Source: Nitrospiria bacterium (lineage in GTDB: Bacteria > Nitrospirota > Nitrospiria > SBBL01 > JAADHI01). Taken from it: DNA of 48,089 bases. The translations under genes were made by a program, and so were the position numbers. This document shows positions 1 to 9,779 of this stretch, one piece after another. The notes beneath the pieces were generated by a model that saw nothing but the letters and a program-made list of their open reading frames with translations, was not told where the DNA came from and searched no databases. The first letter of the stretch is position 1. Each line of letters begins with the position of its first letter. Where the stretch lies: contig JBHHXE010000003.1 in NCBI GenBank assembly GCA_046756865.1, positions 1 to 48,089 on the forward strand, given 5' to 3'.

Positions 1-48
1 AACATTTTATCTCCTGAAAAATTCAACCCAGACTTAATCAGGGGTTCC
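1..48 (+). mobile_element. Right end of 159-bp MITE, truncated by window start
   Basis: 1-48 matches the 3' part of the element at 5731-5889 (one substitution) and ends in ...GACTTAATCAGGGGTTCC followed by TTAA (49-52). Confidence 0.9.
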
Positions 49-187
49 TTAATGAAAGCGTGTCCGGACGCGTCAATAAAATGAGACCTTGGCTTCCTTT
101 TCATTCGGGAGAAAGCTGCTCGGGACTGTTTTTTCATAAGGCGTGGCGAGTGAAGGAGATTTGGGGATCTTCTTGCTTCTCTTAGGA

Positions 188-216
188 TTGTTAATTTACT
201 CCGGATATGCTATAAG
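188..216 (+). promoter_or_regulatory. Putative sigma70 promoter, possibly leaderless transcript
   Basis: TTGTTA-N17-TATAAG with extended-10 TG; only 8 nt to ATG 225 and no SD. Confidence 0.45.
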
Positions 217-224
217 CAGAGACT

Positions 225-587
225 ATGGACAAGAGACAACATTACCGTGTCCCCTTTAGTGGAAAGGCGAAGATTTCAACTGAAACCCGTTCTGTCGAGG
301 TGACGATCAGCAACATGAGCCTTGGTGGACTTCTCCTCCATGCGAAGAAGCGTTTCGACCTTGGGAAGGAATTAACAGTCAATATTAGCGGGACGCATCG
401 TGGGAAGACCTTTCGCGAAATCGTTCTTGGAAAAATTGTTGTTACTCACCTCAGCCCCGAAGGAAATGCTTACGGCTTACAATTCACAGACTATCTTGAC
501 AAAGAGCAGCAGCCTTCTCTCTTCTCCTGGGTGAGTAGCCGTCAGAAAAAGGCCATTTCGTCTTTCTTAAGAGAGCCCTTGCCTTGA
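225..587 (+). CDS. PilZ-domain c-di-GMP-binding protein
   Basis: RxxxR (RQHYR) and D/NxSxxG (NMSLGG) motifs; 120 aa single domain. Confidence 0.85.
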   Translation: MDKRQHYRVPFSGKAKISTETRSVEVTISNMSLGGLLLHAKKRFDLGKELTVNISGTHRGKTFREIVLGKIVVTHLSPEGNAYGLQFTDYLDKEQQPSLFSWVSSRQKKAISSFLREPLP

Positions 588-1036
588 AAAAACAAAGCGC
601 AGTATTCCTTTCGGGCGGGGCTTCACCCTTTCGCTCCTTGCTTATACTCGCGGCGATAGGGCTTCTGTCCGCTTGTGTCCGGATAGGTACCCTCCAGACC
701 TCGCTGCCTGGATCATCCATTTCATATGAGCAATCCTGGAAAGCCGCCCTGCGTACGGGCCTGATCCATTACGATCAGATAGCAATCGCCGATAAAAAGG
801 GAGGCTTTTTTCAGACCACCTGGAAAATTCACAAGGTGGGGATTATCATTGGAACGCCGGTGAGGAGAAGTCGGCTCATCGGTCATATTTCAAGAAAAAA
901 ACCCTTTCAACTGGATCTCACTATGGAGCAGGAGGCCTTCACGCTTGAGCTTGGGCGCTGGGTCTCTGACCCGCCGGACGAAAAGCGTTTTTCAGAAATT
1001 ACCCGGAGTGCGCAAGCTCAGATGATATCCCGATAG
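584..1036 (+). CDS. Hypothetical lipoprotein
   Basis: Hydrophobic stretch ending in lipobox-like LSAC; 4-nt overlap with the PilZ gene stop. Confidence 0.6.
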   Translation: MKKQSAVFLSGGASPFRSLLILAAIGLLSACVRIGTLQTSLPGSSISYEQSWKAALRTGLIHYDQIAIADKKGGFFQTTWKIHKVGIIIGTPVRRSRLIGHISRKKPFQLDLTMEQEAFTLELGRWVSDPPDEKRFSEITRSAQAQMISR

Positions 1037-1123
1037 GGTTTGAAGAATCCCTTGGCCTTATCCCGGAAAGAAACACCTGCTGTGCGTGTTCATCTCCACG
1101 AAAAATCCAAAGGCTGTTGAAAG

Positions 1124-2656
1124 ATGCTTTCAAAGGTTTTTAGCGCGGTGTTGCATGGGGTCGAGGCCTGCCCCATTGATGTAGAGATTGATCTCAGCCA
1201 GGGCCTTCCCTTTCTTTCGATCGTCGGTCTTCCGGATCTTGCTGTCAAGGAGAGCAGAGATCGACTTCGTTCATCCATCAAGAATACTGGATTTCACTTT
1301 CCTGTTAAAAAAATTACCATTAATCTGGCTCCTGCCGATCTTAAAAAAGAAGGTTCTGCTTTTGATCTTCCGATGGCCCTGGGTATTTTGGCCGCAGAGG
1401 AGGTGGTTCAGGATCATTCCCTTCAAGACTACCTGATTGTTGGGGAGCTTTCCCTTGATGGACGTATCAAGGAGATTAAAGGTGCCCTCCCGATCGCGAT
1501 CCTTGCGAAACGTCTGGGAAAGCGCGGTGTTATTCTCCCTCTGAAAAATGGTCCCGAAGCAGCTGTTGTGTCCGGGATAGACGTGATTGGTGTGGAAACA
1601 CTTCCACAGGTTGTTGAGGTCTTGAACCTGAAGTTGGACTTACAGCCGGTCAAGACCGATATTGATCTTCTTTTTGCCCGGAAATCGAACTATCAGGAAG
1701 ATTTTTCAGAGGTTCGGGGGCAAACCCATGCCAAGCGGGCGCTGGAGATTGCGGCAGCAGGCGGGCACAATATCCTCATGGTCGGGCCGCCCGGCTCCGG
1801 AAAGACGATGCTCGCGAAGCGTTTTCCCTCTATCCTTCCCGCTGTCACTTTTGACGAGTCTCTTGAGGCGACACAGGTTCACAGCATCTTTGGGCTTCTG
1901 AGTAATGATCAGCCTCTCCTGGTGACCCGCCCTTTTCGTTCTCCACATCACACGATCTCGGATGCGGGTTTGATAGGAGGTGGACAGATCCCGCGACCGG
2001 GAGAAGTAAGCCTTGCCCACAATGGAGTATTGTTCCTCGATGAGCTTCCTGAGTTCAAGCGAAACGTGCTGGAGGTGATGCGCCAACCCCTTGAAGAGGG
2101 AAAGGTGACCATTTCACGGGCGAGTGCCTCCTTGACCTACCCGGCCCGATTCATGCTGGTTGCCGCGATGAATCCCTGCCCCTGTGGCTATTTTTCTGAC
2201 CCGACGCGGAACTGCGTTTGCACCCCGATGGCGATCCAGCGTTATCGCTCCAAGGTGTCCGGTCCGCTTCTGGACCGGATTGATCTCCACATCGAGGTTC
2301 CCGCTGTGCCGTTCCGGGACCTCACGATGGAGGAGAGAGATGAAGGCTCAGAGGCGATTCGGAAGCGCGTCCAGATGGCGAGAGAATTCCAGACCGCCCG
2401 ATATGAAAAAGAAGGAATACGCTGCAACGCGCAACTTCGGCAGCGGGAGTTGAAAAAGCACTGCCGGATTGATGAAGCTTCTAAAAAACTGGTCGAGATG
2501 GCAATGGAACGACTTGGCCTGTCTGCGCGGGCCTATAACCGGATCTTGAAGGTCAGCCGGTCAATCGCCGATCTGGAGCAGCGTGAGCAGATCACGAAAG
2601 CAGATATTTCCGAAGCGGTTCAATACAGGAGCCTTGACCGAAAAGCTGCTTTGTGA
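1124..2656 (+). CDS. comM: ComM/YifB Mg-chelatase-like AAA+ ATPase
   Basis: [27 protein letters not shown], Walker [34 protein letters not shown]. Confidence 0.95.
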   Translation: MLSKVFSAVLHGVEACPIDVEIDLSQGLPFLSIVGLPDLAVKESRDRLRSSIKNTGFHFPVKKITINLAPADLKKEGSAFDLPMALGILAAEEVVQDHSLQDYLIVGELSLDGRIKEIKGALPIAILAKRLGKRGVILPLKNGPEAAVVSGIDVIGVETLPQVVEVLNLKLDLQPVKTDIDLLFARKSNYQEDFSEVRGQTHAKRALEIAAAGGHNILMVGPPGSGKTMLAKRFPSILPAVTFDESLEATQVHSIFGLLSNDQPLLVTRPFRSPHHTISDAGLIGGGQIPRPGEVSLAHNGVLFLDELPEFKRNVLEVMRQPLEEGKVTISRASASLTYPARFMLVAAMNPCPCGYFSDPTRNCVCTPMAIQRYRSKVSGPLLDRIDLHIEVPAVPFRDLTMEERDEGSEAIRKRVQMAREFQTARYEKEGIRCNAQLRQRELKKHCRIDEASKKLVEMAMERLGLSARAYNRILKVSRSIADLEQREQITKADISEAVQYRSLDRKAAL

Positions 2657-2928
2657 CGATCATTCCACGATGAGGGAGTCTCCAGGTTATTTTCAAAGAT
2701 TTTGATGGTCCGGTTCTTTTTTCAGATAAGAAGCTTCTCAGGAAGGTTTTTGGTCTGGTTATTGTCCTGGGCTGACTCGGGCTGGTTTCAATTATTGTGT
2801 CGAGGCAGTTTTTGACGATATCCAGGGGCTGGCAAAGGAGTCACCTGAAACGGTGTTGGAAGAGTTCAATGGGTTTCCTCGTGTCTTTCTTACTGTTATG
2901 AGTGCTTCCTTACAGAAATGAGAAGGGT

Positions 2929-3813
2929 TCATGTTTGACTTTTTTTAACCTGGTTTCCCCCTCCCTTTTTTGCCCGCTCAAGGGCCTTTTCTGCCGATAG
3001 AAAAAGAGAATAAGTACTATTGCTGAACTTGCCAAGCCCTGTAACGCCAATTGAACATGTCAGCTTGGCCGTTCCACCCTTTGTCGAAAACCCGTGTTGA
3101 GAAATAGAGAACCGAACCTTTTCCGCACAGATTAAAGCAGAGTCGAAAGCAGTTTCAGTCAGAATACAGCAAAATGTATTTTCTTTGAATCGGGCGAGGC
3201 AATCTGATGTCCTTATCCTCGAACGGATCACTTTCATCGCATATCCGATCGCATGCTCACCCGTCTGTTGCCCGTACTTGTCGTTAATATGAAGAAGGGA
3301 ATCGATGTAGATCATCATAAAGGACAGAGGCCGATTGTATCTTTTGCAGATTGAGATATCCCGATTAAGTATCTCTTCAAGAAAAGCTCGTGAATAAACT
3401 CCTGTGAGAGAATCCCAAATAACCGGTTCGCTTTTCTCATGCCGCTGTTTATGAACCACCATTTCGATGGTCGCACCTAATTCTTCCTCCCGGAAGGGTT
3501 TCACAAAGAGGCCGCTTGCATTCGCTTTCTTTGCTCTCCCTATAGTCATTCGGTCTGATGCGCCTGAAAGATAGATCACGGGGATATCAAATTGAGAGGT
3601 GATCTTTTCAGCAGCATCAATCCCATTTATCCCCCCTGATAAACATATGTCCATCAGTACTAAATCCGGCGTATCACGCTCTGCCCTTTTGATCGCTTTT
3701 TCGCCCGTATCAACAACCGCGCTGACAATGTTCCCGAGCCGTTTCATGCTTGCGATGATATCCCTGGCCGCGTCCGGATCATCCTCGACAACGAGGATCT
3801 TTGTCTTTGACAT
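2929..3813 (-). CDS. Response regulator with degenerate GGDEF domain
   Basis: REC domain (VVEDD, LMDI, KP); GGDEF-fold DSLTG...INDKYG...SIG...GGN, but the signature reads FKENTF; RxxD (RTSD) retained. Confidence 0.85.
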   Translation of the reverse strand: MSKTKILVVEDDPDAARDIIASMKRLGNIVSAVVDTGEKAIKRAERDTPDLVLMDICLSGGINGIDAAEKITSQFDIPVIYLSGASDRMTIGRAKKANASGLFVKPFREEELGATIEMVVHKQRHEKSEPVIWDSLTGVYSRAFLEEILNRDISICKRYNRPLSFMMIYIDSLLHINDKYGQQTGEHAIGYAMKVIRSRIRTSDCLARFKENTFCCILTETAFDSALICAEKVRFSISQHGFSTKGGTAKLTCSIGVTGLGKFSNSTYSLFLSAEKALERAKKGGGNQVKKSQT

Positions 3814-3949
3814 TTATTCCCTCACTGAAAAGCGTTTTATCATGGGTCATTGGACAAGAGCATTTGAACTTCTGACATCGGTCGATTTCATTCATTAAAA
3901 AAGCTCAGTGTTATTGTCGGACGGAAAGGGGGAAAACTTTAGGGTCTTT

Positions 3950-4681
3950 TTAAGATGGGATGATGGCTGGGAGGATGTCGGATGCCTTTCCGGTGAGTGA
4001 GATGTCCGGTTTTATCTGTAGAGAGGGGACGATATTAACCTCGATGATAAAGGCCTCTTCGCTTCTGGCCAGCGACGCGAAAGAGGCGGCGGGCTGAACA
4101 ACAGACGACGTTCCGATCACGAGGAAGACCTCGCATTCCCGGCAGGCCTTCAGGCTGCCTTCCAGGTCAAAGGAATCGATTCCCTCTCCGAACCAGACAA
4201 CATGAGGACGCAGCTCCCGATGACACACCTTGCAGTTCGGAATGCGGGGCTTTTTGAGGGATCTGTCCAAAAGCACGCGGTGACATCCGGTGCACCGTGT
4301 CTTCCAGAGCGTTCCATGAAGTTCGATGATGTTCCGGTTTCCGGCAAGGGCATGTAGGCCATCAACATTTTGCGTGATGAGCGTGAATCCCCGCGTTTTT
4401 TCTTCCAGCTTAACCAGGGAAAGATGACCTTCGTTTGGACTCTTTTTTGAGATAAGCTCCCTTCTCCAATGATACCATTCCCAAACAATGCCGGGCCTGT
4501 TGCGAAAGGCCTCGGGTGTTGCCAATTCTTCGGGCTTGAACTGTTTCCAGAGTCCGCCTTTTCCGCGAAAGGTCGGGATGCCGCTTTCTGCTGAGATCCC
4601 CGCACCGGTCAGGACAGTGATAAAAGTGGCATTATCCAGCTTTTCCCGGGCCAGATCAATTTGACGTACATTCAAGGGCAT
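3950..4681 (-). CDS. cobB: NAD-dependent protein deacylase (sirtuin, class III)
   Basis: GAGISAESGIPTFRG, TQNVDGLH, HG, two CxxC Zn pairs, RPHVVWFGE, GTS. Confidence 0.95.
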   Translation of the reverse strand: MPLNVRQIDLAREKLDNATFITVLTGAGISAESGIPTFRGKGGLWKQFKPEELATPEAFRNRPGIVWEWYHWRRELISKKSPNEGHLSLVKLEEKTRGFTLITQNVDGLHALAGNRNIIELHGTLWKTRCTGCHRVLLDRSLKKPRIPNCKVCHRELRPHVVWFGEGIDSFDLEGSLKACRECEVFLVIGTSSVVQPAASFASLARSEEAFIIEVNIVPSLQIKPDISLTGKASDILPAIIPS

Positions 4682-5020
4682 TTATCCTGAGAAAGTAATG
4701 GTGCAAGTATATCGGATGGCAAGAGTAATCACAACGGAGGTGGGAAGAAAGCGGGATTTACGATGATAAAGGTAACGAAGGGAAAAAGGACGGCCGGGTA
4801 TTATTCGGGTATTATAATGAGTGTGAACTTGAAACTGGAATGCTGTGGAAGGCCAGGCAAGATCGCCGGGGAATGTCCAGTGGGGCATAGGCGGAATCTG
4901 TGCATGGCATTTTACTTGAATATGAATAAATGCATTGGGCTGGTGAGAGATCCAGGGTGTGACCTGGCGCAGAAAGAGAAGGGCTTGATATTTTTGATGT
5001 TAAAAGTATTGGACGGTGCA

Positions 5021-5281
5021 TTATACCGCAGTCTCCACTTTTTCGATTTGAAAATCAGGCTGAATCAGAACCGGCTGTGCATCAAAGGGTTGTTCTATCC
5101 TGATATAATCCGCAGGGACCGGGATGCCCCGCTCCATAAAATCCTGCCAATCGGCTGTCATCCTTCTGAATTCGCCGGCATCCTTAAAATTAAAGGCGGT
5201 ATAGGCGCGAAACAGGATAATATTGGCCAGCACATAGGCGGCTGGGATACCGACACCGAATAATAAGATCAGGTTTATCAT
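5021..5281 (-). CDS. Small hypothetical membrane protein (86 aa)
   Basis: ATG at 5281 preceded by AAGGAG SD; N-terminal TM helix (MINLILLFGVGIPAAYVLANIILF); sigma54 promoter directly upstream. Confidence 0.7.
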   Translation of the reverse strand: MINLILLFGVGIPAAYVLANIILFRAYTAFNFKDAGEFRRMTADWQDFMERGIPVPADYIRIEQPFDAQPVLIQPDFQIEKVETAV

Positions 5282-5324
5282 GTTACTCTCCTTTAGCGAA
5301 TAGTTGATGGTGATCAAGTACATA

Positions 5325-5341
5325 AGCAATCTGTGTGCCAA
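5325..5341 (-). promoter_or_regulatory. Sigma54 (-24/-12) promoter
   Basis: Minus strand reads TTGGCAC-ACAGA-TTGCT, an exact TGGCAC-N5-TTGCW consensus, oriented toward ATG 5281. Confidence 0.85.
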
Positions 5342-5358
5342 AATAATAAACCTTTTAA

Positions 5359-5371
5359 TATCAGTGTGTTA
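5359..5371. promoter_or_regulatory. IHF binding site
   Basis: TATCAG-TGTG-TTA fits WATCAR-N4-TTR, in an AT-rich tract between the sigma54 promoter and upstream palindromes. Confidence 0.6.
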
Positions 5372-5403
5372 TGATTATTTGAATGTTAATGTAAGGGAAA
5401 GTC

Positions 5404-5466
5404 GTTCCATGGATGAAATAAATATTGTTCATGAATGAAACGTTTATTTCTATGTGAAACGTTTCA
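5404..5466. promoter_or_regulatory. Candidate enhancer-binding-protein UAS array
   Basis: Repeated imperfect palindromes GTTCCATGGATGAAAT (5404-5419), GTTCATGAATGAAAC (5427-5441) and perfect TGAAACGTTTCA (5455-5466). Confidence 0.5.
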
Positions 5467-5730
5467 ATTTCTTTGAGCCGTTCAATTATGGTACATATGT
5501 GGATATTGTGCCAGGCTTAATGGCTTTGCTCGCTCCGGGACATACGGATAAAGTCCGAAACCTTTATTAACGAATGAATCGTCGAAGGTATCCGGTATTC
5601 ATCTTTTTTTTTATTTTTACTGGTAACAGGCGAAATGTCACTGTATACTGTCAGCCAATGTGTGGGAGCTGCTGCAGGCTGAGTCGCGGGTTATTTGAAC
5701 GGAAGCCTCTTTGTCTCTACGGTATGTTAA

Positions 5731-5889
5731 GGAAGCTCTGAATAAGTCATGCATTGTTTTTTCAGGGCAATCATGTCCCGTTTCCACGTTGCAAATCTTG
5801 AAAATAGCGGGCTATTCTCTGCGATTTGCGCCTTGAAACGAAACATTTTATCTCCTGAAAAATTTAACCCAGACTTAATCAGGGGTTCC
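5731..5889 (+). mobile_element. 159-bp MITE with IS5-like terminal inverted repeats
   Basis: Ends GGAAGCTCTGAATAAGTC / GACTTAATCAGGGGTTCC (15/18 inverted match), flanked on both sides by TTAA; near-identical copy at 41434-41592. Confidence 0.9.
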
Positions 5890-5975
5890 TTAATGTGGTC
5901 TGGAAATCGTGTCCCCCTGAGCGCATGGGGCGCTCGCAGCTGATTCAACCTACATAACATAAGGAGAAAAACAAC

Positions 5976-6263
5976 ATGACAAAAGCTGAACTGATCGAGA
6001 AGGTTTCAAAATCTGTTTCAAAAAGCACAAAATCCGAGGTGAGTAAAAAATTGGTGGATGCAATGCTGAATGAGACATTTGAGACGATTCGTAAAACGAT
6101 CAAGAAAGAGGGGCGATATAGTTTTCCCGGGTTTGGGACTTTTACCTTAACAAAGCGAAAAGCCCGGAAAGGTCGGAACCCCCAGACGGGTGAGACGATT
6201 AAGATCAAGGCCTCTAAATCGATCAGATTCAAGCCCTCGAGTGTTTTGAAAGGAAAGTTGTAA
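5976..6263 (+). CDS. hup: HU family DNA-binding protein
   Basis: MTKAELI, GFGTF, RKARKGRNPQTGE, FKP; AAGGAG SD. Confidence 0.95.
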   Translation: MTKAELIEKVSKSVSKSTKSEVSKKLVDAMLNETFETIRKTIKKEGRYSFPGFGTFTLTKRKARKGRNPQTGETIKIKASKSIRFKPSSVLKGKL

Positions 6264-6297
6264 AGGGGGAGAGGGGAACCCCTACTTATGTAACGGC

Positions 6298-8349
6298 CTA
6301 TCCGGAGCTTTCCGCATAGAGGTGGCAACGGGTGTTATGGCTTGAGCTGGATGATGACCGGGGAGGGTAGCTTTCCCGGCAAACAGGAAGGGCCTCGGGA
6401 CAGCGCGGGTGGAAGTGACAGCCCTGCGGGGGAGAAATCGGTGATGGGAGATCGCCCTCCAGCCGGATGATGCTGCGTTTTACTTCTGGATCAACCTGGG
6501 GAACGGCTGAGAGGAGCGCCCGGGTGTAAGGATGTTTTGGGTTTTCCAGGACTTCCCTGACCTGTCCATATTCAACGATCCGTCCAAGATACATCACCGC
6601 AATCTCATGCGCGAAATATTCAACCACTGAGATGTTGTGAGTGATGAATAGGTAGGCCAGCCCGAGTTTTTCCTGCAAGTTTTTTAAGAGGTTCAGTATC
6701 TGGGCCTGGACAGAGACGTCAAGCGCGCTGGTCGGTTCGTCGCAAACGATCAGTTTCGGGTTAACTGCGAGAACGCGCGCGATGCAGATCCTTTGGCGCT
6801 GTCCCCCTGAAAACTCATGCGGGTAGCGGTTTTTTACCTGAGGGGATAATCCCACGGCATCCAGTAATTCATCAATGAGGGTCTCTTCATCGTCATTGAC
6901 CAGTGAAGGTTCCAGGGGTGAAGCACTGATTTTTTGCGCGGCCACGCCTTCTTTGATAATGTCCCGAACCATCATACGCGGGTTGAGCGAAGAATACGGG
7001 TCCTGGAAAATAATCTGAAAATCTTTCCTTTTTTGTCGAAGATCTTCCCCGCTCAATTGCGTAAGGTCGACATCGTCAAAGATGATCTCACCGGACCTTG
7101 GCTGGATTAATTGCAGGATGGCCTTCCCCGTTGTTGTCTTTCCGCAGCCCGATTCGCCGACAAGCGCAACCGTCTTTCCCGCGTCAATTGCCAATGAAAC
7201 CCCGTCAACGGCCTTTACGTATCCAATCGTTTGTTTGAAGAACCCTTTCTGAATTGGGAAATGGACCTTGAGGTCAGAGACTTCCAGAAGTTTCTCATGC
7301 TTTAATGTTGGAACCTGAGGTTTAATGATTTCGCGTTTTACGGCCATCGCCCAGGGCCGTGTGACCACGTCCCGAGGTGATGCCAGATGGCATCGGACGC
7401 CGCCGGTTTCAAGCGGCGTCCACTGCGGGGCCACTTGTTTGCAGTGCTCCCATACCGCGTCACACCGGTTCGCAAAACGGCACCCCGCAAAGGGTTTATT
7501 TAAAGGAGGGACGTTTCCGGGTATGATTGCGAGGCGTTCACCTCTCTTATTTTTAACCGGAAGGGCGTCGAATAACTTCTCGGAATAGGGGTGTTGCGGG
7601 TGATCGAAAAAAGGATCGCGGTCTGACATCTCTACAATCTGTCCGGCATACATTACGGCAACTTTGTCGGCGACCTCAGAGACAACGGCCAGATCATGGG
7701 TAATGAGTAAGAGGGCCATCCCCCGTTCTTCCTGAAGTTTTTTCAGCAGGTCCAGGATCTGGGCCTGAATGGTAACATCGAGGGCCGTAGTGGGTTCATC
7801 GGCGATCAAAAGATCCGGTTCCCCGGAAAGGGCCATCGCAATCATGATCCTTTGTTTCATCCCTCCTGACATCTGGTGGGGATATTCGCTGAAACGGGTT
7901 TTCGGGTCGGGGATGCCGACAATGTCGAGCAGTTCACAGGTTCTTGCCCTGGCCTCTGTGGCCTTCATAAAAAAATGGTGTTGAAGGGTTTCCGAGATCT
8001 GGGCGCCAACCGTCATCACAGGGTTCAGGCTGGTCATTGGTTCCTGAAAGATCATGGAGACGCGCCGTCCTCTGAGCTGACGCATCTCCACCTCGGGGAG
8101 CTGACAGAGGTCTTCGCCCTCCAGGAGGATCTTTCCGGAGATGATTCGTCCGGCCGGTTCCGGAATAAGCTTCATAATGGAGAGCGCCGTCATCGACTTA
8201 CCGCAGCCGGATTCTCCAACGAGGGCAAATGTCTCTCCCCGTTGGACTTCAAAGGACACACCGTCTATTGCGCGGACAGCCCCTTCTTCTGTGTAGAACC
8301 AGGTTCTTAAGTTTTGGACCTGGAGAAGGGGTTTCGAATTGTCTGTCAT
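6298..8349 (-). CDS. Peptide/nickel ABC transporter ATP-binding protein, fused DppD-DppF
   Basis: Two Walker A (GESGCGKS/T), two signature motifs (SGGMKQR, SGGQRQR), two DEPT and two C-terminal Cys clusters. Confidence 0.95.
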   Translation of the reverse strand: MTDNSKPLLQVQNLRTWFYTEEGAVRAIDGVSFEVQRGETFALVGESGCGKSMTALSIMKLIPEPAGRIISGKILLEGEDLCQLPEVEMRQLRGRRVSMIFQEPMTSLNPVMTVGAQISETLQHHFFMKATEARARTCELLDIVGIPDPKTRFSEYPHQMSGGMKQRIMIAMALSGEPDLLIADEPTTALDVTIQAQILDLLKKLQEERGMALLLITHDLAVVSEVADKVAVMYAGQIVEMSDRDPFFDHPQHPYSEKLFDALPVKNKRGERLAIIPGNVPPLNKPFAGCRFANRCDAVWEHCKQVAPQWTPLETGGVRCHLASPRDVVTRPWAMAVKREIIKPQVPTLKHEKLLEVSDLKVHFPIQKGFFKQTIGYVKAVDGVSLAIDAGKTVALVGESGCGKTTTGKAILQLIQPRSGEIIFDDVDLTQLSGEDLRQKRKDFQIIFQDPYSSLNPRMMVRDIIKEGVAAQKISASPLEPSLVNDDEETLIDELLDAVGLSPQVKNRYPHEFSGGQRQRICIARVLAVNPKLIVCDEPTSALDVSVQAQILNLLKNLQEKLGLAYLFITHNISVVEYFAHEIAVMYLGRIVEYGQVREVLENPKHPYTRALLSAVPQVDPEVKRSIIRLEGDLPSPISPPQGCHFHPRCPEALPVCRESYPPRSSSSSSHNTRCHLYAESSG

Positions 8350-9779
8350 CGGCTCCTCAGGCGTGGATCAAAGGCATCACGAACAGCATCAGAAAAGATA
8401 TTGGCCGTCAGGACCAGACCAAACATAAAAATAAAGGCGGCGCTGAGCGACCACCAGACGATGGGTTCTCGCGCCATTTCCATCCTCGCGCTGTTGATCA
8501 TATTCCCCCAGGAGATCATCGCCGGATCGACCCCGACACCGACGTAGGACAGAACCGCTTCGGCCAGGACCAGGCCGCTGAAATCAAGAACAACGGAGAT
8601 CAGGACAATATGCATGACATTCGGAAGAATGTGCCGGATGAGAATCCTGAACCGACTGACCCCCAGGGCGATTGCGGCCTGGACGTACTCTGATTCCCGC
8701 AGCTTGAGCGTTTCACCGCGCAGGAGGCGGCAGAGGCCAATCCAACTGGTCATGCCGAGAATCAGGCAGAGAAAGAGGAGGCGGATGTCAGCCCGCTCTG
8801 TGATGCTGGAGAATGAATCGGCATGTTTGTCCATGTAGACTTGGAGGATCAGGACGGCTGCGGCGATTAACAATACGCCTGGAACGGAGCTCAGGGTGGT
8901 ATAGAGGTATTGTATAACATCATCAACCCATCCCCGAAAGTAGCCGGCGGCGATGCCGAAGAAGAGGGCAAAAGGAAGCATGACGAGTGTTGTGAGCCCT
9001 CCGATGACCAGCCCCGTGCGAATTCCTTTCAGGGCAAGATATAGAACATCCTGGCCGACCTTGTCGGTTCCAAAAAGATGGTACTGACCGCTGAGCGGTA
9101 TGACGATGGCGGCCAGAACGATGATCAGGCTTAAGGTGATGAGAATGGCGAGCCAGGCTGTTTCATACTGACCGTTCCAGAAGGCGTGGTACGCCTCCTT
9201 CCAGGAGCAGCGATGATGGCGGCTAAGGAGGTGCAAAAATGTTAGGCAAAGTATGGAGGTGAGAACCAGACCCCGCAGCACCCCCAGGAAGAGGGTCTTC
9301 ATGATATCGGTGCCCCGGTTGTTCGGGTCTTTCAGGTGCGCACCGCCATGGGCCAGCGGGGGATAGACCCTTTTCTTTACACCTCCTGGGAACTCAAGCA
9401 TCTCTTTGGCAAAGGATTGTGTTGCCAATGGCGCGGAGTAGGTCCGTTCCACATTTTTTCTCAGTTGGCCGACGACGAGATCAAGCAGAGAGAGGACCTC
9501 CGGGGAGTATTGTATTTCCTGTCCGGCTTCGGTCTGAGGGAGTCGTTGTCTGAAGTGAAGCGAATCCAAAAATCCGATCCCGACATAGGAGAGCAGCACT
9601 GTGAGGGCTGCCATTGCGAGCGCACGGCGGCGGACTTGTCGCAAAGGCGCAAGAAGGTGTTCCTGCCCAGAGGCGTAAACGCCAATGAAAACGATGGCGG
9701 CCAACAGGAGAAGCAGCAGGATGTCGGTCCAGAGAAAGACAGGTCTGAAGGGCATGATCTTTGTGAGGAATGACGGCAT
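8346..9779 (-). CDS. Peptide ABC transporter permease (DppC/OppC-like)
   Basis: HLFGTDKVGQDV, EYVQAAIALG, HILPN, ANIFSDAVRDAFDPR. Confidence 0.93.
   Translation of the reverse strand: MPSFLTKIMPFRPVFLWTDILLLLLLAAIVFIGVYASGQEHLLAPLRQVRRRALAMAALTVLLSYVGIGFLDSLHFRQRLPQTEAGQEIQYSPEVLSLLDLVVGQLRKNVERTYSAPLATQSFAKEMLEFPGGVKKRVYPPLAHGGAHLKDPNNRGTDIMKTLFLGVLRGLVLTSILCLTFLHLLSRHHRCSWKEAYHAFWNGQYETAWLAILITLSLIIVLAAIVIPLSGQYHLFGTDKVGQDVLYLALKGIRTGLVIGGLTTLVMLPFALFFGIAAGYFRGWVDDVIQYLYTTLSSVPGVLLIAAAVLILQVYMDKHADSFSSITERADIRLLFLCLILGMTSWIGLCRLLRGETLKLRESEYVQAAIALGVSRFRILIRHILPNVMHIVLISVVLDFSGLVLAEAVLSYVGVGVDPAMISWGNMINSARMEMAREPIVWWSLSAAFIFMFGLVLTANIFSDAVRDAFDPRLRSR

Noticed and set aside
2657-2928. Possible pseudogene in the comM / REC-GGDEF gap
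   Set aside because: There is an open stretch on the minus strand but no start, SD or recognisable motif.
4763-5263. 166-aa Cys-rich plus-strand ORF
   Set aside because: Its 3' half is antisense to the better-supported minus-strand gene that has an SD and a sigma54 promoter. A short real Cys-rich product cannot be fully excluded.
5727-5960. ORFs 5749-5943, 5727-5960, 41326-41574 and the N-terminal extension 41536-41616
   Set aside because: They are translations of the MITE sequence (near-identical peptide at both copies), with no transposase motifs.
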